Positions 1 to 14,582 are shown, numbered from the stretch's first letter. The stretch is DNA of 64,000 bases from the human T2T-CHM13v2.0 reference genome, Homo sapiens (GCF_009914755.1 NC_060929.1), one strand, 5' to 3'. The notes: generated by a model from the letters alone, not told the origin. Made by a program: numbers and translations.

Positions 1-418
1 GTCCTGTGTGTAAAGGAAGGAGAAAAGATCTTTTCATGGGGAGTTGGAAGGTAGCAGGAAATTCTAAAGCCCCTTTTAACCACTGACAATCAAACATACT
101 CGGTCTCCTCTCAGTTTAATTATAAGGCTGTCTTGAGGCCTGTTCATAAGATGTTGACAAAGTATTGTTTTTGTATTCTCCTGCTCATAACTGGGGTTTG
201 GTCCCTCTCTCTCAGGTAGCTCATTCCAGGGAGGGGGCCCTTGGTTTTCTCCTCTTACCCAGCCTGTAGGGTGCCTCAGGCTCTGCAGCTGCAGCGACTC
301 TGCACACGCCAGCACACGCCAGGGAACAAGGGAACAGTTCCCTCTGGTGACTTGTTACTCTCACTGTTTACTTTTGTAAATTCTCAAACTTTCTTTTTAT
401 GTGTTAGTTCTCAGCTAA

Positions 419-716
<298 letters not shown>

Positions 717-744
717 AGTTCTCAGATATTTGCAGGTGCCTCTC

Positions 745-910
745 ATTTACTCAGAACTCCTTATGAAGTAAGCAATACTGGCCCCATCTTGGAGGAGAAG
801 GGAGAAGGGAGGCCAGGGCATAGAGAAGTTAAATGTATGATTCAATGCGGTGCAGCAGACAACAGTAGATCCAGGCATGGAACTTGAGGCTATCCCAGTC
901 CAGTCCTCAT
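745..910 (-). mobile_element. MIR fragment
   Basis: Degenerate AGAGAAGTTAAAT...CCAGGCATGGAACTTGAGG resembles the reverse-complement MIR core. Confidence 0.5.
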
Positions 911-1159
911 CCCCACTGTCTACTTGTTTTTTCCTCCAAAAATCACTCTGTAGGTTGTAATTTTGGCACATTTTCCACCTCCAGTTAGATCTTCACTTCT
1001 AAAGCTAAGTGAGACCTGAGACCCATGTAGACACCCAAGAAGCTTGTGGAATCTGATGCATTTGGCTTAGACTTCTGACATGTGTGTTCATTCCAATATC
1101 ACATAATTCACATAATATTCTGCTTTCTTCTTTTTCCCAATTCAATTCAAATATTTCCA

Positions 1160-1410
1160 AGTCAAATTTCAGTGTAACTCCCACCTCTCCCTATGAAGCC
1201 TTCTCCAGACACTGCAACCTGCATGGATCTCTTTCTTCTTATGGTCGGGGGCCAATTTAGCATTTCATCATTCTTTTCTGATTTCATGGGGATGATGTAA
1301 TCTCTTCTATTTTCTTGAGGACAGGGACAGTATCTTCCTCTACTTTTGACTTTCCGGTGATAACTAGAACAGTACTAGGCAAATTAGGTGCTAGATGAGT
1401 TAGTTGGCCT
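1160..1410 (+). mobile_element. L2 3' fragments
   Basis: CTTGAGGACAGGGACAGTATC...AACAGTACTAGGCAAATTAGGTGCT resembles the L2 3' end. Confidence 0.45.
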
Positions 1411-1821
1411 TTTTAGTCTTTGGGATAATTTTTACATTGAAAGCAGTTTAGATATAAAAGGGCCAGTTGAAAAATGTGATCAAAGCTTCAACAGCCATAG
1501 GCCTATAGGCTGGATTAACCTGTCTCATTCATCTCAGATGCTCTATTTGCATTTCTGTGACCTTTCGATAATGATATTAAATCACGATGAAGCTTTGGGT
1601 CTTATCACAGTTCTCAGTTTCAACTTTTAGACATTGGAACTTTTTTTATTGTCATATTTCTTTATCATTCACCAAATAAGACTATATACATTAGTGCATT
1701 CCATAGTAGGGATACCAGAGTTGAACACAAATCCGTTATTCTGAGTCCAAAATGCCTTCCACTTCACCACTCAGAAAATCAGATTGACTAGAAAAATTCT
1801 ACAATCAAAATCTGGCTTGTA

Positions 1822-2145
1822 TGGAAGAGTATGGGTATGTGGTGGGGAGATAAGAGAAGTTGGTTAATGGGTACAAACATACAGATAGATAGATAGATAG
1901 ATAGAAGGAATAAATTCTAATGTTTGATAGCAGAGTAGGGTGACCATAGTTAATGATAATATATTATATATTTCAAAATAGCTAGAAGAGAGGACTCAAT
2001 ATGTTCCCAACACAGACAAATAATTAATAGTTGTGGTGATGGATACCCTAAATACCGTGACTTGATCATTGCAATTCCATGCATGTAACAAAGTATCACA
2101 TGTATCCCATAAGCATGCACAAGTATTATGTATCAATTAAAAAAA
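1822..2145 (+). mobile_element. 5'-truncated L1MA (L1MA8/9-like) 3' end with internal (GATA)n
   Basis: L1MA 3' UTR motifs (GGTTAATGGGTACAAA, TTTCAAAATAGCTAGAAGAG, GTATCAATTAAAA); perfect 15-bp TSD AAAATCTGGCTTGTA at 1807-1821 and 2142-2156. Confidence 0.88.
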
Positions 2146-2165
2146 TCTGGCTTGTAAATATACAC

Positions 2166-2310
2166 TTTTTTTAACTTTTATTTTAAGTTCAGGGGTACAA
2201 GTACAGGTTTGTTACATAGGTAAACTTGTGTCTTGGGGGTCTGTTTTACCAATTATTTCATCATCCAGTTATTAAGCCTAGTACCCATTACTTATTTTTC
2301 CTGATCCTCT
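2166..2310 (-). mobile_element. L1PA13-16-like 3' end fragment
   Basis: TTTTATTTTAAGTTCAGGGGTACA...GTTTGTTACATAGGTAAAC is the reverse-complement 3' terminus of older L1PA. Confidence 0.85.
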
Positions 2311-2359
2311 CATTTGAACTTTGAAAGCCAGAATTCAGGAAAAACTTGGTCCATATTTA

Positions 2360-2470
2360 TTTTAAATGCAGATTCTCAGGTCCCACCCCTGCCATCAGAA
2401 AAAGAGTCTCAGGCTGGGCTTGAGATTACCTCTCTAGGTAATCTTAATGTGCGTTAAAGTCAAATAAACA
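2360..2470. mobile_element. MER5A-like hAT fragment
   Basis: AAATGCAGATTCTCAGGTCCCACCCC...AGGTAATCTTAATGTGC. Confidence 0.55.
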
Positions 2471-4161
2471 CTATTTTATGTCATTTTTGTTACTGAATAA
2501 GATGTGATGTGATTTCAAGCACATCCCTAGAGAGTATTAAATGGAGGATTCAGGGAAATTAGGTATCTGGGTGACTCAAATGTTTTATATTAAAATGTGT
2601 AATGCATCTTATTTGCTAGCCATGGTTCATTTATATGGTCTCATGATCCTCACTTCCTAGTACTTTTTAGGTACAGCATACTGAATATGTGCTTGAATCT
2701 TTAAACCAATATCATCAGCTCCAGAGTAAGTGTTGGGAGTCACACTGGGAGACTTTGGAAGTGCTAAAATGGGATTTCAGTTTGACTGAGAAGCTCCTTG
2801 GATTTTCCAAGGTGAATTTTTTTCCGCTTCCAGTTTAGATTAACTTGCTCTCAATTTTTATAATAGAAAGATCACAGAGAACTGACTCTTTCCTACAGCT
2901 GTTAAAGATAGCTAATTAGGATAGGTGTGAACTGGTAGCTCATTAGCCCCTTTGAGTTTCCCAGCTGCAAAGGTCAGGGCAGACTAGCTACTATCACAGG
3001 GTCAGAGTGTGAATGGCAGCTGGTCAGGAAAGATAAATATGACAAGATGTGGAGCAAAGCAAGGTTATTATTACAAAAGGTGTCACCCAGATAATAGTGG
3101 AACTTAACCAGTGAAAAATCACTCAAATCATGACCCAGCCCAAAAGGAAAATAACCCCTATGCTTCCAGAATTTATTGCAGCATTGTGATTGTTTGCCCG
3201 TTAACATTTCACTTGTGGAATGAAATAGTTGGGAATGCTGACTATAAAATGAAATTGTTTCTTAATTCTTCTCAAAGTATTCTAAGCATTATGGAATGAC
3301 CAGTTTATTAGGTCTCTGGGGAAATAAATATGACTTACATCCTCTTTGAAATGTAGACCCCACCATTCTCTTTTTCTTCTCTCTCCCTCTCATGCGTGCG
3401 CTTACTCTGTTTTTATCTCTTTTTCTATGTCTCCCCAAGCTCATGAATAATGTTCTTAGGAATCATTGAAGAACCATGCTAATGAGGACTTGAATTTCCA
3501 GTACTTTACACAATGTAGCATATTCTTGTTGACAGTACATCTCTACTGTGGCTCTATTTGGAAAGAATGCCTTATTCCAGGAAGAAGGTCTTCATGAACC
3601 TCTGGAACTTCATCTTCCATTTTATCATTTCACCACTTCATGAGATGGAATACTGCAGTTGTTCAGATCAAAATATCATATGGCCAGCGTCGTCCACCAT
3701 GCAATCTCATTCAACTTTCATTAAAGTATCACAATAGCACAGAAAATGAAGACAGAGAAAATAGGGAAATTCTGCCTTAAAAAGAATAAAAATGGATGAC
3801 ACATGCCAGATTTTTGGAGGAATCTCTGCTCATCATGTGAGAGACAAATGGAGTAGATTTGAGGAATGCCTTATGGCACACCCAGGTTTTAGGTCACACA
3901 AGAGTGACACAGGAAAAATGTAGAGTCTAGACCTTCTCTGTTCTTTACTCCCTCAGGCAGAAACCCAAGGTTTGTGTCCATCAGAATATAGTGTAGCTGC
4001 CTTATCTTGCAGGTGTTGACCCATTAAGTGGCCAAGTACTCTTTTCCCATCACTTCCGCAGCCCATTACCTCATTTTTCTGCATGTATAAGAGGGAGCAA
4101 TCCCAGACAACAGTGGGAGGAATTAGGAGTGTGTTGTTGATTAGAGATTGTTTATATTTTG

Positions 4162-4470
4162 GGCCACGCATGATGGCTCACACCTGTAATCCCAGCACTT
4201 TGGGAGGCCAAGGTGGACGGATCCCTTGAGTCCAGGAATTTGAGAACACCCTGGGCAAGGTTAAGGTCTCCCAGCATGGGAGACCCCATCTCTACTAAAA
4301 ATACAAAAAAATTAGCTGGGTGTGGTGGCACATGCCCGTAGTCCCAGCTACTTGGGGGCTGAGGTGGGAGGATCACCTGAGCCGGGGCTGTAGTGAGCCG
4401 AGATCACATCATTGCGCTCCAGTCTGGGTGGTGGGAGTGAGACTTGGGAGAGAGAGAGAGAGAGAGAGAC
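4162..4470 (+). mobile_element. AluJ with internal insertion, right-arm deletion and (GA)n tail
   Basis: Alu body GGCCACGCATGATGGCTCAC...; J-type GGGAGGATCACCTGAG; tail is a GA microsatellite at 4449-4469. Confidence 0.88.
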
Positions 4471-4493
4471 TGTCTGTATTTTTGTAGGAGTAA

Positions 4494-4985
4494 TGTCTTA
4501 CCTTGGTTTGGGTTTTCCCAGCAGCAGACATTGAGACAGTAAAGCCAATCACTTTTTTGTGAGGTGGGGGATGGAGGAAGGATCACAAAAGGTGTGGCAG
4601 GGAAGAAATGACCCAGGGGGAGAGGGCAGCAAATAATGGTTCTTACAAAACAAGTTACTGCTAAGGTAATCAGAGTTTAATCTCTCTGAGGAACACTGAG
4701 TGGTCGTCTAAAACATGGGCCTTGGAGTTATCCCACCTAGGAAGTGAGGGAACTGGGATATTTATACTCCAGTTGCCATCAGTTATTAATCAAAGGCTGC
4801 TCCTGGGGCCACGGTGTAATTTCCCTGGCACATCTGGCCTGCTGTGCACAGGAGCAGAGTAGCTCTGTAGGTCAGAGGAAACCCCCAGGCAAATGAATCT
4901 AGGCGCTGACAGGTAGAAGGTTAGTGTGCTCTGCAGTGTTAAGGGTGAGGGGCTCTGGGCAGGGCACTGACAGTGTCAACTGCAG
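4494..4985 (-). mobile_element. ERVL LTR (LTR33-like)
   Basis: GAGTTATCCCACC...GGGATATTTATAC...GGCTGCTCCTGGGG match recalled LTR33 motifs; adjoins ERVL internal sequence. Confidence 0.65.
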
Positions 4986-5644
4986 TCAAGACCTTGTTCC
5001 ACTCAGATCCACCTGTGTCCTGTGTTAGGCTTACTCTATCCTATCACTGCTTCTTCAAGGTCACAAATAAACATTAAAAAAAAAAAAAAAAGACAACAGG
5101 AGCATTAGTGGGCCAGGATCTCACTGTCTACTGCTGCAGTCTTTCCCACGATGTTCATTGATCAGCTCTCTTCTATTCTACCCTTTGTAGACCCTCCAGC
5201 CCCTTGGCCAGCATTTCTACTGGTTTAGATTGCTTACCTTATGGAATAACGCAGACCTTTTTCTCTGAGAGGTCTAAGTCCCAGATTAGGAGGGATTTTT
5301 TTTTTTCGATGCAATCCTATGTCCTGGCAGGTCTGATATTATCCATGCCATAGAAGGCAGTGCTGGTTGCACAGTCACTTGATGTCCCAAGCTCAGGTAC
5401 TCAGTCATTTCATGGCCACAGCAGCACTCAGGAGCTGCTTTCTGAATGAAGAGTTGTCTTTTGTGGGTGTCATGGACTTGCTCTAGACCTCTGGGGCTCT
5501 CATTGTGGTTCTCCCATTGAGGCTTGTCAAAGATTCTAGTGAGTCTAGCAGCATGGAATCTTCTGGGTCACAGAGCTAAACACTAGAGTTACTTGTGCCA
5601 CAACCTGGACCAGTTCCAGTGCCCTCACTTGCTCCATGCCTACT

Positions 5645-6042
5645 CTATTAGTTTGCTTGGGGTGCCATAACAAAATACCACACACTGGGTGGCTTAAACA
5701 GCAAAAACCTGTCCAGTTCTGGAGGCTGGACGGTCTGAGGTCTAGGTGTCAGCAGGTCTGGTCTCTTTGGAGGCCTCTCCCTGGCTTGCAGATGGCCCGC
5801 CTTCTTGCTGTGCCCTCTCGGGGACTTTCCTCTGTGCGTCAGCTTCTTGGCACTTCCTTGTGTGTCCAGGTTTCCTCTTCTTATAAGAACACTAGTCAGA
5901 CTGGATTAGAACTCATTTTAATGAACTTATTTTAACTAATTCATCTCTTAAAGGCCCTATCTCCAAATATACTCACATTCTGAGGTACTGGAGGTTAGGG
6001 TTTTGACGGATACATTTTGCAGGGACGCATTTGACCCATAAT
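5645..6042 (-). mobile_element. MLT1A/B MaLR solo LTR inserted in the ERVL
   Basis: TATTAGTTTGCTTGGGGTGCCATAACAAAATACCAC...GGCCCTATCTCCAAATA...CCCATAATA. Confidence 0.85.
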
Positions 6043-6859
6043 ACCCACTCAAAACCAGAAGTGTTCTGACTCACTACTAAATGAGTTGAAGCAGTATTCA
6101 CAAGTGTGGTGGATATGGTCTCCCAAATCTGAAGAGGTCCACTGGGCATTGTACCACTTTCTTAGTGGTAGGAGGTAGAAAGTGCACACATTTGTTCGCC
6201 CCTTGGAGGAGTGACCTGGCATGTCTCAAACCACGGGGCCCCTGAAAGCTTTATTGACCGCAGCAAAGCCTTGATTGTGTGTAAGCTTCCTCTTCCACTC
6301 TCTGATCCAGATATACCTGACCAGAATGCTTACCATTCCTGTCCCCCAGGCACAATTAAATGATGTTGCCAGCACAGTGAAACCTTGAGATTTCCTATAG
6401 AATATCCCGATGATCCCAATCCCGTTAAGCTTTATTGCAATCTAGCCATGAGGGCATGACAGTGAATGTATGTATCTGTCTGTTCTAAGTGACAGCAAAC
6501 TGCTTTTGATGCTCCTTTCTAGAAGGGATTGAAGAGAATGCATTTTCCAATTTAGTAGTGTTACACCAAGTACCAGAGACCATGTTGATCTGCTGTAGTA
6601 AAAATACTGCATCTGGAACAGCAGTTGTGGTTGGGGTTAATACTTGGTCATGATAGTCCACCATAAAATGCATGACCCAACTGGCTTTTTCTAGAAGACA
6701 GACTGGTACACTAAATGGGGATACGAAGGGACTGCCATCCTAGCCTCCTTTATGTCTTTGAGGGTAGCCCCAATCTCTGCCATTCTTCCTGTGATGAAGC
6801 ATTGCTTCTCATTTTCTTGTCAGGGCAGAGGGGGGCAATTTCAAGGTTTTCACCAGGCT

Positions 6860-7500
6860 TTTCCTATAATACCTCAGTGAAGAGACACCACACATGCTAT
6901 TTTAACAGAAAGGACTTAATGTAAGGAATTATTAAGTAGTTATTTAAAAACTGGAAAGGCAAAGAGAGAACACTAAGATATCTCAGCTACCACGCTTACA
7001 CCTGGGGGAACAAGGGAAGAAGTTGGAATTATTGATAGGTAAAAGCTTGCAGTAGAAGCTGAATCTCAGACCTCTGAAAGGGGACCACTGCTCAGCTTAT
7101 GTTGATGACTCTGAGCTCAGAGGAGGCATCCCCTGGGGCTGTGACCCAGAACTCTGAGGAAAAGGTCCTGGTCAGCTGTGCTGGTGTTTCTGGGGACCAT
7201 GGTGAGACTGGTCCTGCCAGTGTTGGAAATCCTGCAAACTGAATGCATGCTGTGACTGCAAATGCCGAGGGGAGCAGTGAGACTGAGGTGCTGTGACAAG
7301 AACACGAAGTACACGTCTTCTTATTCCTCAAGTTTCCCGTATTGGAAGAGCTGAATGTAGAGCCAGCTGGCAAAGCAGAAATGTGGCTTTCCGAGCCGCA
7401 GCCCCAGCATCACAAAGCAGAACATAGAAGTGTGTGTGTGGGAGGCAGAAGAGGTAGGGGTGGGTTGAACCTGAGAGACAATAGCTTAAAAACTATTACA
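6860..7500 (-). mobile_element. LTR78-like LTR inserted in the ERVL
   Basis: AGCCAGCTGGCAAAGCAGAAATG...CCCCAGCATCACAAAGCAG...GAGAGACAATAGCTTAA matches the recalled LTR78 terminus. Confidence 0.55.
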
Positions 7501-8339
7501 GGGCTCTTATTCCAGAGATCAGGCAACCAATATAAGATTCTACCAGTCCATATTAGTCCAGATTATGCACTCCGGTACTAGAGAAATGATCTCTACAAAC
7601 ACATGGATCCATATGGATGGGTCTACAAACACATGGAGTCTATAATAAGACAGACTCCACTTATCACCTGTCCTCCAATGTCCTCTCTATAACAGGGATA
7701 CCCTGCTCATGTTTTGGGTCCCTATATCAGTGTCAACTTAGATCCCGTATCCAAGAGCCCTTGAAAAATGCGGCTATTCTTCTTTCTGCAGTGTGCGCTT
7801 ACTCAGGTAAATGGCTCTGTTGTTTTGGGAAGGATGGTAGAATCATGACTGAGGACACTTGCTGTGACACTGCAGAGTTCTCCACAAGGGGACTCAGCCA
7901 CTCCTTCAATTGGTCAGTTCTAGGTCTGAGAATTGGCTCAGGTCTGGAAACTGGGTGAGCCATCATGACTTTCCACTGGGGAGCTCATGGCAACTTTCTG
8001 CTCATCCACGTTTAACCTCTTGTGATCTTATGTCTCAAGCAGTACACTTGTTTGTTGACCTTGTCCTTGGGAACACCATGGCTGCCCCAACTTCCATTGT
8101 GACCTTGCTGCCCGTTATGGTAGTTACGCCCCACCCTTGCCACTGGTGGTTAAGTGTTGCTACCTGACTTGAGCTCTTTTGGAATCTCATCATCCTCACT
8201 GACACTGGGGAGCCTAGGGGTGGCTGTTTTCTGCAGGCTGGCATTAGCAGTATGAGAACTAAAGGTACTGCTAAGGATTCAATCCATTGCTAGAGAGAGT
8301 TACCAGGTCATCATCACCAACCTACTCATCAGAATGCCT

Positions 8340-8691
<352 letters not shown>

Positions 8692-8744
8692 CTATTATTA
8701 TTCCTATGAAAATTTAAAAAGGAGCAAGAAAGCTAACCATTATT

Positions 8745-9775
8745 GTTCAACATTATTCTGGAAATTATAAAAAACAATTAGACATAAAAAAATATGTGAG
8801 GTCAAATACTGGAAAAGAAGATACAAAATTATCATTATTTATGGGTTATGTAGTTGGCCACCTGGAAAAAAATTAAAAAAAAATCAATGAAAAACTGTAT
8901 AAAATTAAAAAGAGAATGGCCAAATCAACAATTTCCTTATCCATTGCAATAGCCATCTAAAATATAAAATAAATGGAGGGAGAAAAACCTCACAAGGGCC
9001 AAAGTATTTTTATAAGGGAAACTGCAGACATTTGAGAGCAGCTAAGACAAATGGGGTACTATTTTTGGATGGTGAGTATCACTATTGGAGAGATAGCAAT
9101 TCTCCCACAATTAATTAAAAAATTTTTACACAGTTCCAGTCAAAATTCAAACATATTTTTGTAACCTAAAAATGATCCTCCAGTTTATCTGGGAGTATAA
9201 ACAATGAGAACAGTAATAACAAATGTTAAAATAAGAATCATGGGGTATCTATTACCACCAGATGTCAGAACAAATTTATAAGGTCAACATGGTTTAAATA
9301 TTTTTACTGATGGATAGACAAAAAGAAAAAAGTGGGAAAACCTTCAAAGTCTATAAATAGACCTTATGCATATATTTAAAAGTTAGTATGTAACAAAGTT
9401 TCCATTTCAAATTAGAGAGGAAAAGGTAGACAGTCCCATGAATGACTTTTCAGTGACTGACTAATCACCTGGGAAACAATTAAGTTAGCTTTCCTATCCT
9501 ATGACTTACTCCAAAATGAATTCTTAACTGTTTAAGAATTAAGCATATATAAATATGAAACCATAAGAAAAGGTAAAATTATATAAATATTATATAATCT
9601 TGAGGTGAGGAAGAGAAAAGACTATGTAAGGAAGAAAACAAAGAAGAAGAACAGTAGATTTAAATACATAAAGATTAGAAATATTTGGTGTTGTAAAACG
9701 TTGCAAACAAAATGGAAATTGGGAAACATTTATAAAATAAATGATAGACAAAACACTGATATTTGTGTAGAAGAT
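8745..9775 (+). mobile_element. Ancient L1ME ORF2 remnant (continues at 17855-19030)
   Basis: A-rich, degenerate L1 ORF2 motifs (TTCAACATTATTCTGGAA, GCAATTCTCCCACAATTAAT); resumes at GAAGAGCTCCTGCAAATC after the L1MA block. Confidence 0.65.
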
Positions 9776-11058
9776 TTTTTATTTTTTAATTGACATGTAA
9801 TAACGGTTCATATTTATTGAGTACCTAGTGCTGTTTCAATACATATAATGTATACTGATCAGATTAGGGTAATTAGCATATCCACGATCACAAACATTTG
9901 TCATTTCTTTGTGTTGGGAACATTCTTCCTTCCAGCTATTTGAAAGTATATAATATATTATGGTTAACTACAGTCATTTTGCGGAGTTATTGAACTTTAG
10001 AACTTATTCAGCTATCTAGATGTAAATTTTGTATCCTTTAAAAAAAAAAATCACCCTATCCCTTTCCCTTTCCCCTTCCCCTTCCCAGCCTCTGGTATCC
10101 TCTGGTCTACTTTTACTTCTATGAAATCAACGTTTTCAGCTTCCACATGTGAGTGAGGACATGCGATGTTTCTTGCCTTTCCTGGCTTATTTCACTTAAT
10201 GTCTTCCAGCTCTATCCATGTTGCTGTAAATGACAGGATTTCACTCTCTTTTTTTTTGTGGCTGAATAGTATTCCATGTGTATATACACCACATTTTCTG
10301 TATCGTCAGTTGTTGGACACCTAGGTTGATTCCATATCTTGGCTACTGTGAATAGTGCTGCAGTAAACACAGAAGTCTCTTCGATATTCTGATTTCCCTT
10401 CCTTTGGCTAAATGCCCAATAGTGGGATTGTTAGATTATATGGTAGTTCTATTTGTAGTTTTTTTTAAAGGGACCTCTATACTGTCCTCCCTGTGGCTGT
10501 ACTAATTTACATTCCCACTAACAATGTGTAAGAGTTCTCTTTTCCTTGTTTCTTCACCAGCACTTGTTATTTTTTCTCTTTTTGATTATAGCCATCTTAA
10601 CTGGGGTGAGATCATACCTCTTTGCAGTTTTCACTTGCATTTCCCTGATGATTAGTGATGTTGAGCACTTTTATATATATTTGTTGGCCATTTGTATGTC
10701 TTCTTTTGAGAAATGTCTACTCAGATCATTTGCCCATTTTAAAATCAGATTTTTGTTGTTGTTGTTGAGTTGTTTGAGCTCCTTGTATATTGTGGATATT
10801 AATCATCTGTTGGATGCACAGTTTGCACATAATTTCTCCCATTCTTTAGGTTGTTTTTTCACTCTGTCGATTGTTCCTGTCATTGTGCAGAAGCTTTTTA
10901 GTTTGATATAATCCCATTTGTTTATTTTTGCTTTTATTGCCATGCTTTTGAGGTCTTATTCATAAAATCTTTGCCCAAACCAATGTCCTGAAGTGTTTTC
11001 CCTGTTTTCTTCTAGTAGTTTTATATTTTTGGGACTTACATTTATGTCTTTGATTCAT
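9776..11058 (-). mobile_element. L1MA4/5-like 3' portion
   Basis: Reverse-complement L1MA 3' UTR (GATCAGATTAGGGTAATTAGCATATCC) leading into the ORF2 C-terminal region. Confidence 0.85.
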
Positions 11059-14000
11059 TTTTTAAAACATTTTAATTTTTGTGGGTACATAGTGGGAATA
11101 TATATTTAGGGGCATATGTGATGTTTTGATACAGGCATGCAACGTGAAATAAGCACATCATGGAGAATGGGGTATTCATCCCCTTAAGCATTTATCCTTT
11201 GAGTTACAAACAATACAATTACATGCTTTGAGTTATTTAAAAATGTGCAAGTAAGTTATTATTGATTTTAGTCACTCTGTTGTGCTATCAAATAGTAGGT
11301 CTCATTCTTTCTAACTAATTTTTGGCACCCATTAAACATCTGCAAGTATCCCCCAGCCTCCCACTACCCTTCTCAGCCTCTGGTAACCATCCTTCTACTC
11401 TCTATCTCCATGAGTTCAATTGTTTTAATTTTTAAATCCCACAAATAAGTGAGAACATGTGATGTTTGTCTTTCTGTTCCTGGCTTATTTCACTTAACAT
11501 AATGATCTCCATCCATGTTGTTGCAAATGACTGGATCTCATCCTTTTTCTGGCTGAATAGTACTCCATTGTGTATATGTACCACATTGTCTTTATCCATT
11601 CATCTGTTGATGGACAGTTAGGTTGCTTCCAAATCTTAGCTATTGTAAACAATGCTGCAACAAATGTAGGAGTGCAGATATCTCTTTGATGTACTGATTT
11701 TCTTTCTTTTGGGCATTACCCAACTGTGGTATTGCTGGATCATATGGTAGATCAATTTTTAGTTTTTTGAGGAACCTCCAAATTGTTCTCCATAGTGTTT
11801 GTACTAATTTACATTCACATCTACAGTGTACAAGGGTTCCCTTTTCTTCACATCCTCACCAGCATTTGTTATTGCCTGTCTATTGGATAAAAGCCATTTT
11901 AACTGGGGTGAGATGATATCTCATTATAGTTTTGATTTGCATTTCTCTGATGATCAATGATGTTGAACACCTTTTTAAATACCTGTTTACAATTTATATG
12001 TCTTCTTTTGAGAAATTTCTATTCAGATCTTTTGCCCATTTTTAATTGGATTATTAGATTTTTTCCATAGAGTTGTTTGAGCTCCTTATATATTCTGGAT
12101 ATTAATCCCTTGTCAGATGGGTAGTTTGCAAATATTTTCTCCCATTCTGTGGGTTGTCTGTTTACTTTGCTGATTGTATCCTTTGCTTTGCAGAAGCTTT
12201 TTAACTTGATGTGATCCCATTTGTCCATGTTTGCTTTGGTTGCCTGTGCTTGTAGGGTAGTGCTCAATAAATTTTTGCCCAGATTAATGTCCTGGAGATT
12301 TTCCCCCATGTTTTCTCGTAGTAGTTTCAAAATTTGAGGTCTTAGACTTAAGTCTTCAATCCATTTTGATTTTATTTTTGAATAAGGCAATAGATAGGGG
12401 TCCAGTTTCCATTATTTTGCATATGAATATCTAATTTTACCAGCACTATTTATTGAAGAGACTGTCTTTTCTCCTGTGTATGTTCTTGGCAGCTTTGTCA
12501 AAAATGAATTCACTGTAGGTGTGTGGATTTATTTTTGAGTTCTCTATTCTATTCCATTGGTCTATGTGTCTGCTTTTATGCCAGTACTATGCTGTCTTGG
12601 TAACTATACCTCTGTAGTATAATTTGAAGTCAGGTAAATATGATTCTTCCAGTTTTATTCCTTTTGCTTAGGATAGCTTTGGGTATTCTGGGTCTTTTGT
12701 GGTTCCATATAAATTTTAGGATTTTTTTTCTATTTCCGTGAAGAGTGTCATTGGTATGATAGGGGCATTGAATCTGCAGATTGCTTTGGGTAGTATGGAG
12801 ATTTTAACAATATTGATTCTTCCCATCCATGAACATGGAATATTTTTCCATTTTTTGGTGTCCTCTTCAATTTATTTCATCAGTGTTTTATAGTTTTCAC
12901 TATAGAAATCTTTCACTTCTTTTGTTAAGTTAATTCCTAGGTATTTTATTTGTAGCTATTACAAATGAGATTACTTTCTTGATTTCGTTTTCAGGTTGTT
13001 AGCTGCTGGCATATAGAAATGTTACTGATTTTTGTATGTTGATTTTGTAAGCTGCAACTTCATTGAGTTTGTTTATGAATTCTAAGAATTTTTTGGTAGA
13101 GGCTTTAGGTTTAAGATCTTGTCATCTGCAAACAGGGACAGTTTAACATTCTCTTTTCCTATCTGGATGCCCTTTATTTCTTTCTGTTGCCTGTTTGCTC
13201 TGGCTAGGACTTCCAGTACTATGTTGAATAACAGTGAAGAGAGTAGGCATCTTTGTTTTGTTCCAGTTTTTAGAGGAAAAGCTTTCAGCTTTTCCCCAGT
13301 CAGTATGATGTTGTCTCTGGTTTTGTCATTTATCACCTTTGTTATATTGAGGTACTTTCCTTCCATATCTAATTTATTGAGAGTTATTATGAAGTAGTAT
13401 TAAATTTTATCAAATGCTTTTTCTGTATCTATTGAGATGATCATATGATTTTTATCTTGCATTCTTTTTATGTGATATATCACATTTATTGATTTGCATG
13501 TGTTGAACCATCTTTGAATTACTGGGATAAATCCCACCTGATCATGATGTATTTTCTTGATGTATTGTTGTGTTTGGGTTGCTGATATTTTGTTGAAGAT
13601 GTTTACATTTATGTTAATCAGGATATTGGCCTGTAATTTCTTTTCTTGTGTCCTTGACTGGCTTTGGTATCAGGGTTATACTGACCTTGTAGGATGAGTT
13701 AGGAAGAGTTTTCTCCACTTCAGTTTTTTGGAATACTTTGAGAAGAATTAATATTAATTCTTCTTTAAATGTTTGTTAGAATTCAGTGGTGAAGCCACCT
13801 GGTCCTGAATTTTTCTTTATGGGGAGACTTTTTGTTACTGATTTAATCATATTTTTCATTACTGCTCTGTTCAGATTTTTTATTTCTTTCTGATTCAATC
13901 TTAATCAGTTGTATGCTTCTAGAATTTATTCATTTCCTTCAGGAGTTCTAGTTTGTTAGTGTATAGTTGTTCATAATAGGCTCTGATGATCTTTTTTATT

Positions 14001-14275
14001 TCTGTGGTATCATTGTAATGCCTCTTTTTCCATTTCTGATTTTATTTCAATCTTCTCTAATTTTTTTTTGTTAGTCTAGCAAGTGGTTTGTTGATTTTGT
14101 TCATCTTCAAAAAAAAAACTTTTGTTTTGTTGATCCTTTTTATTTTTTTAATTCTCAATTTTGTTTAGTCCTGGTTTAATTATTATTCTTTCCTCCTATT
14201 AATTTTGAGTTTGGGGTGTTATTGCTTTTCTAGTCCTTAGGGGCATTGTTAAGTTGTTATTTGAAAACTTTCTAG

Positions 14276-14582
<307 letters not shown>

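Larger units (their letters stand above)
4986..8250 (-). mobile_element. Degenerate ERVL internal region (pol/protease/gag remnants), interrupted by two LTRs
   Basis: Minus-strand 6485-6673 reads VDYHDQVLTPTTTAVPDAVFLLQQIN...GTW...LENAFSSIP...HQKQFA (ERVL RT N-terminal motifs); 7725-7766 minus reads FQGLLDTGSKLTLI (retroviral aspartyl protease DTG motif). Confidence 0.85.
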
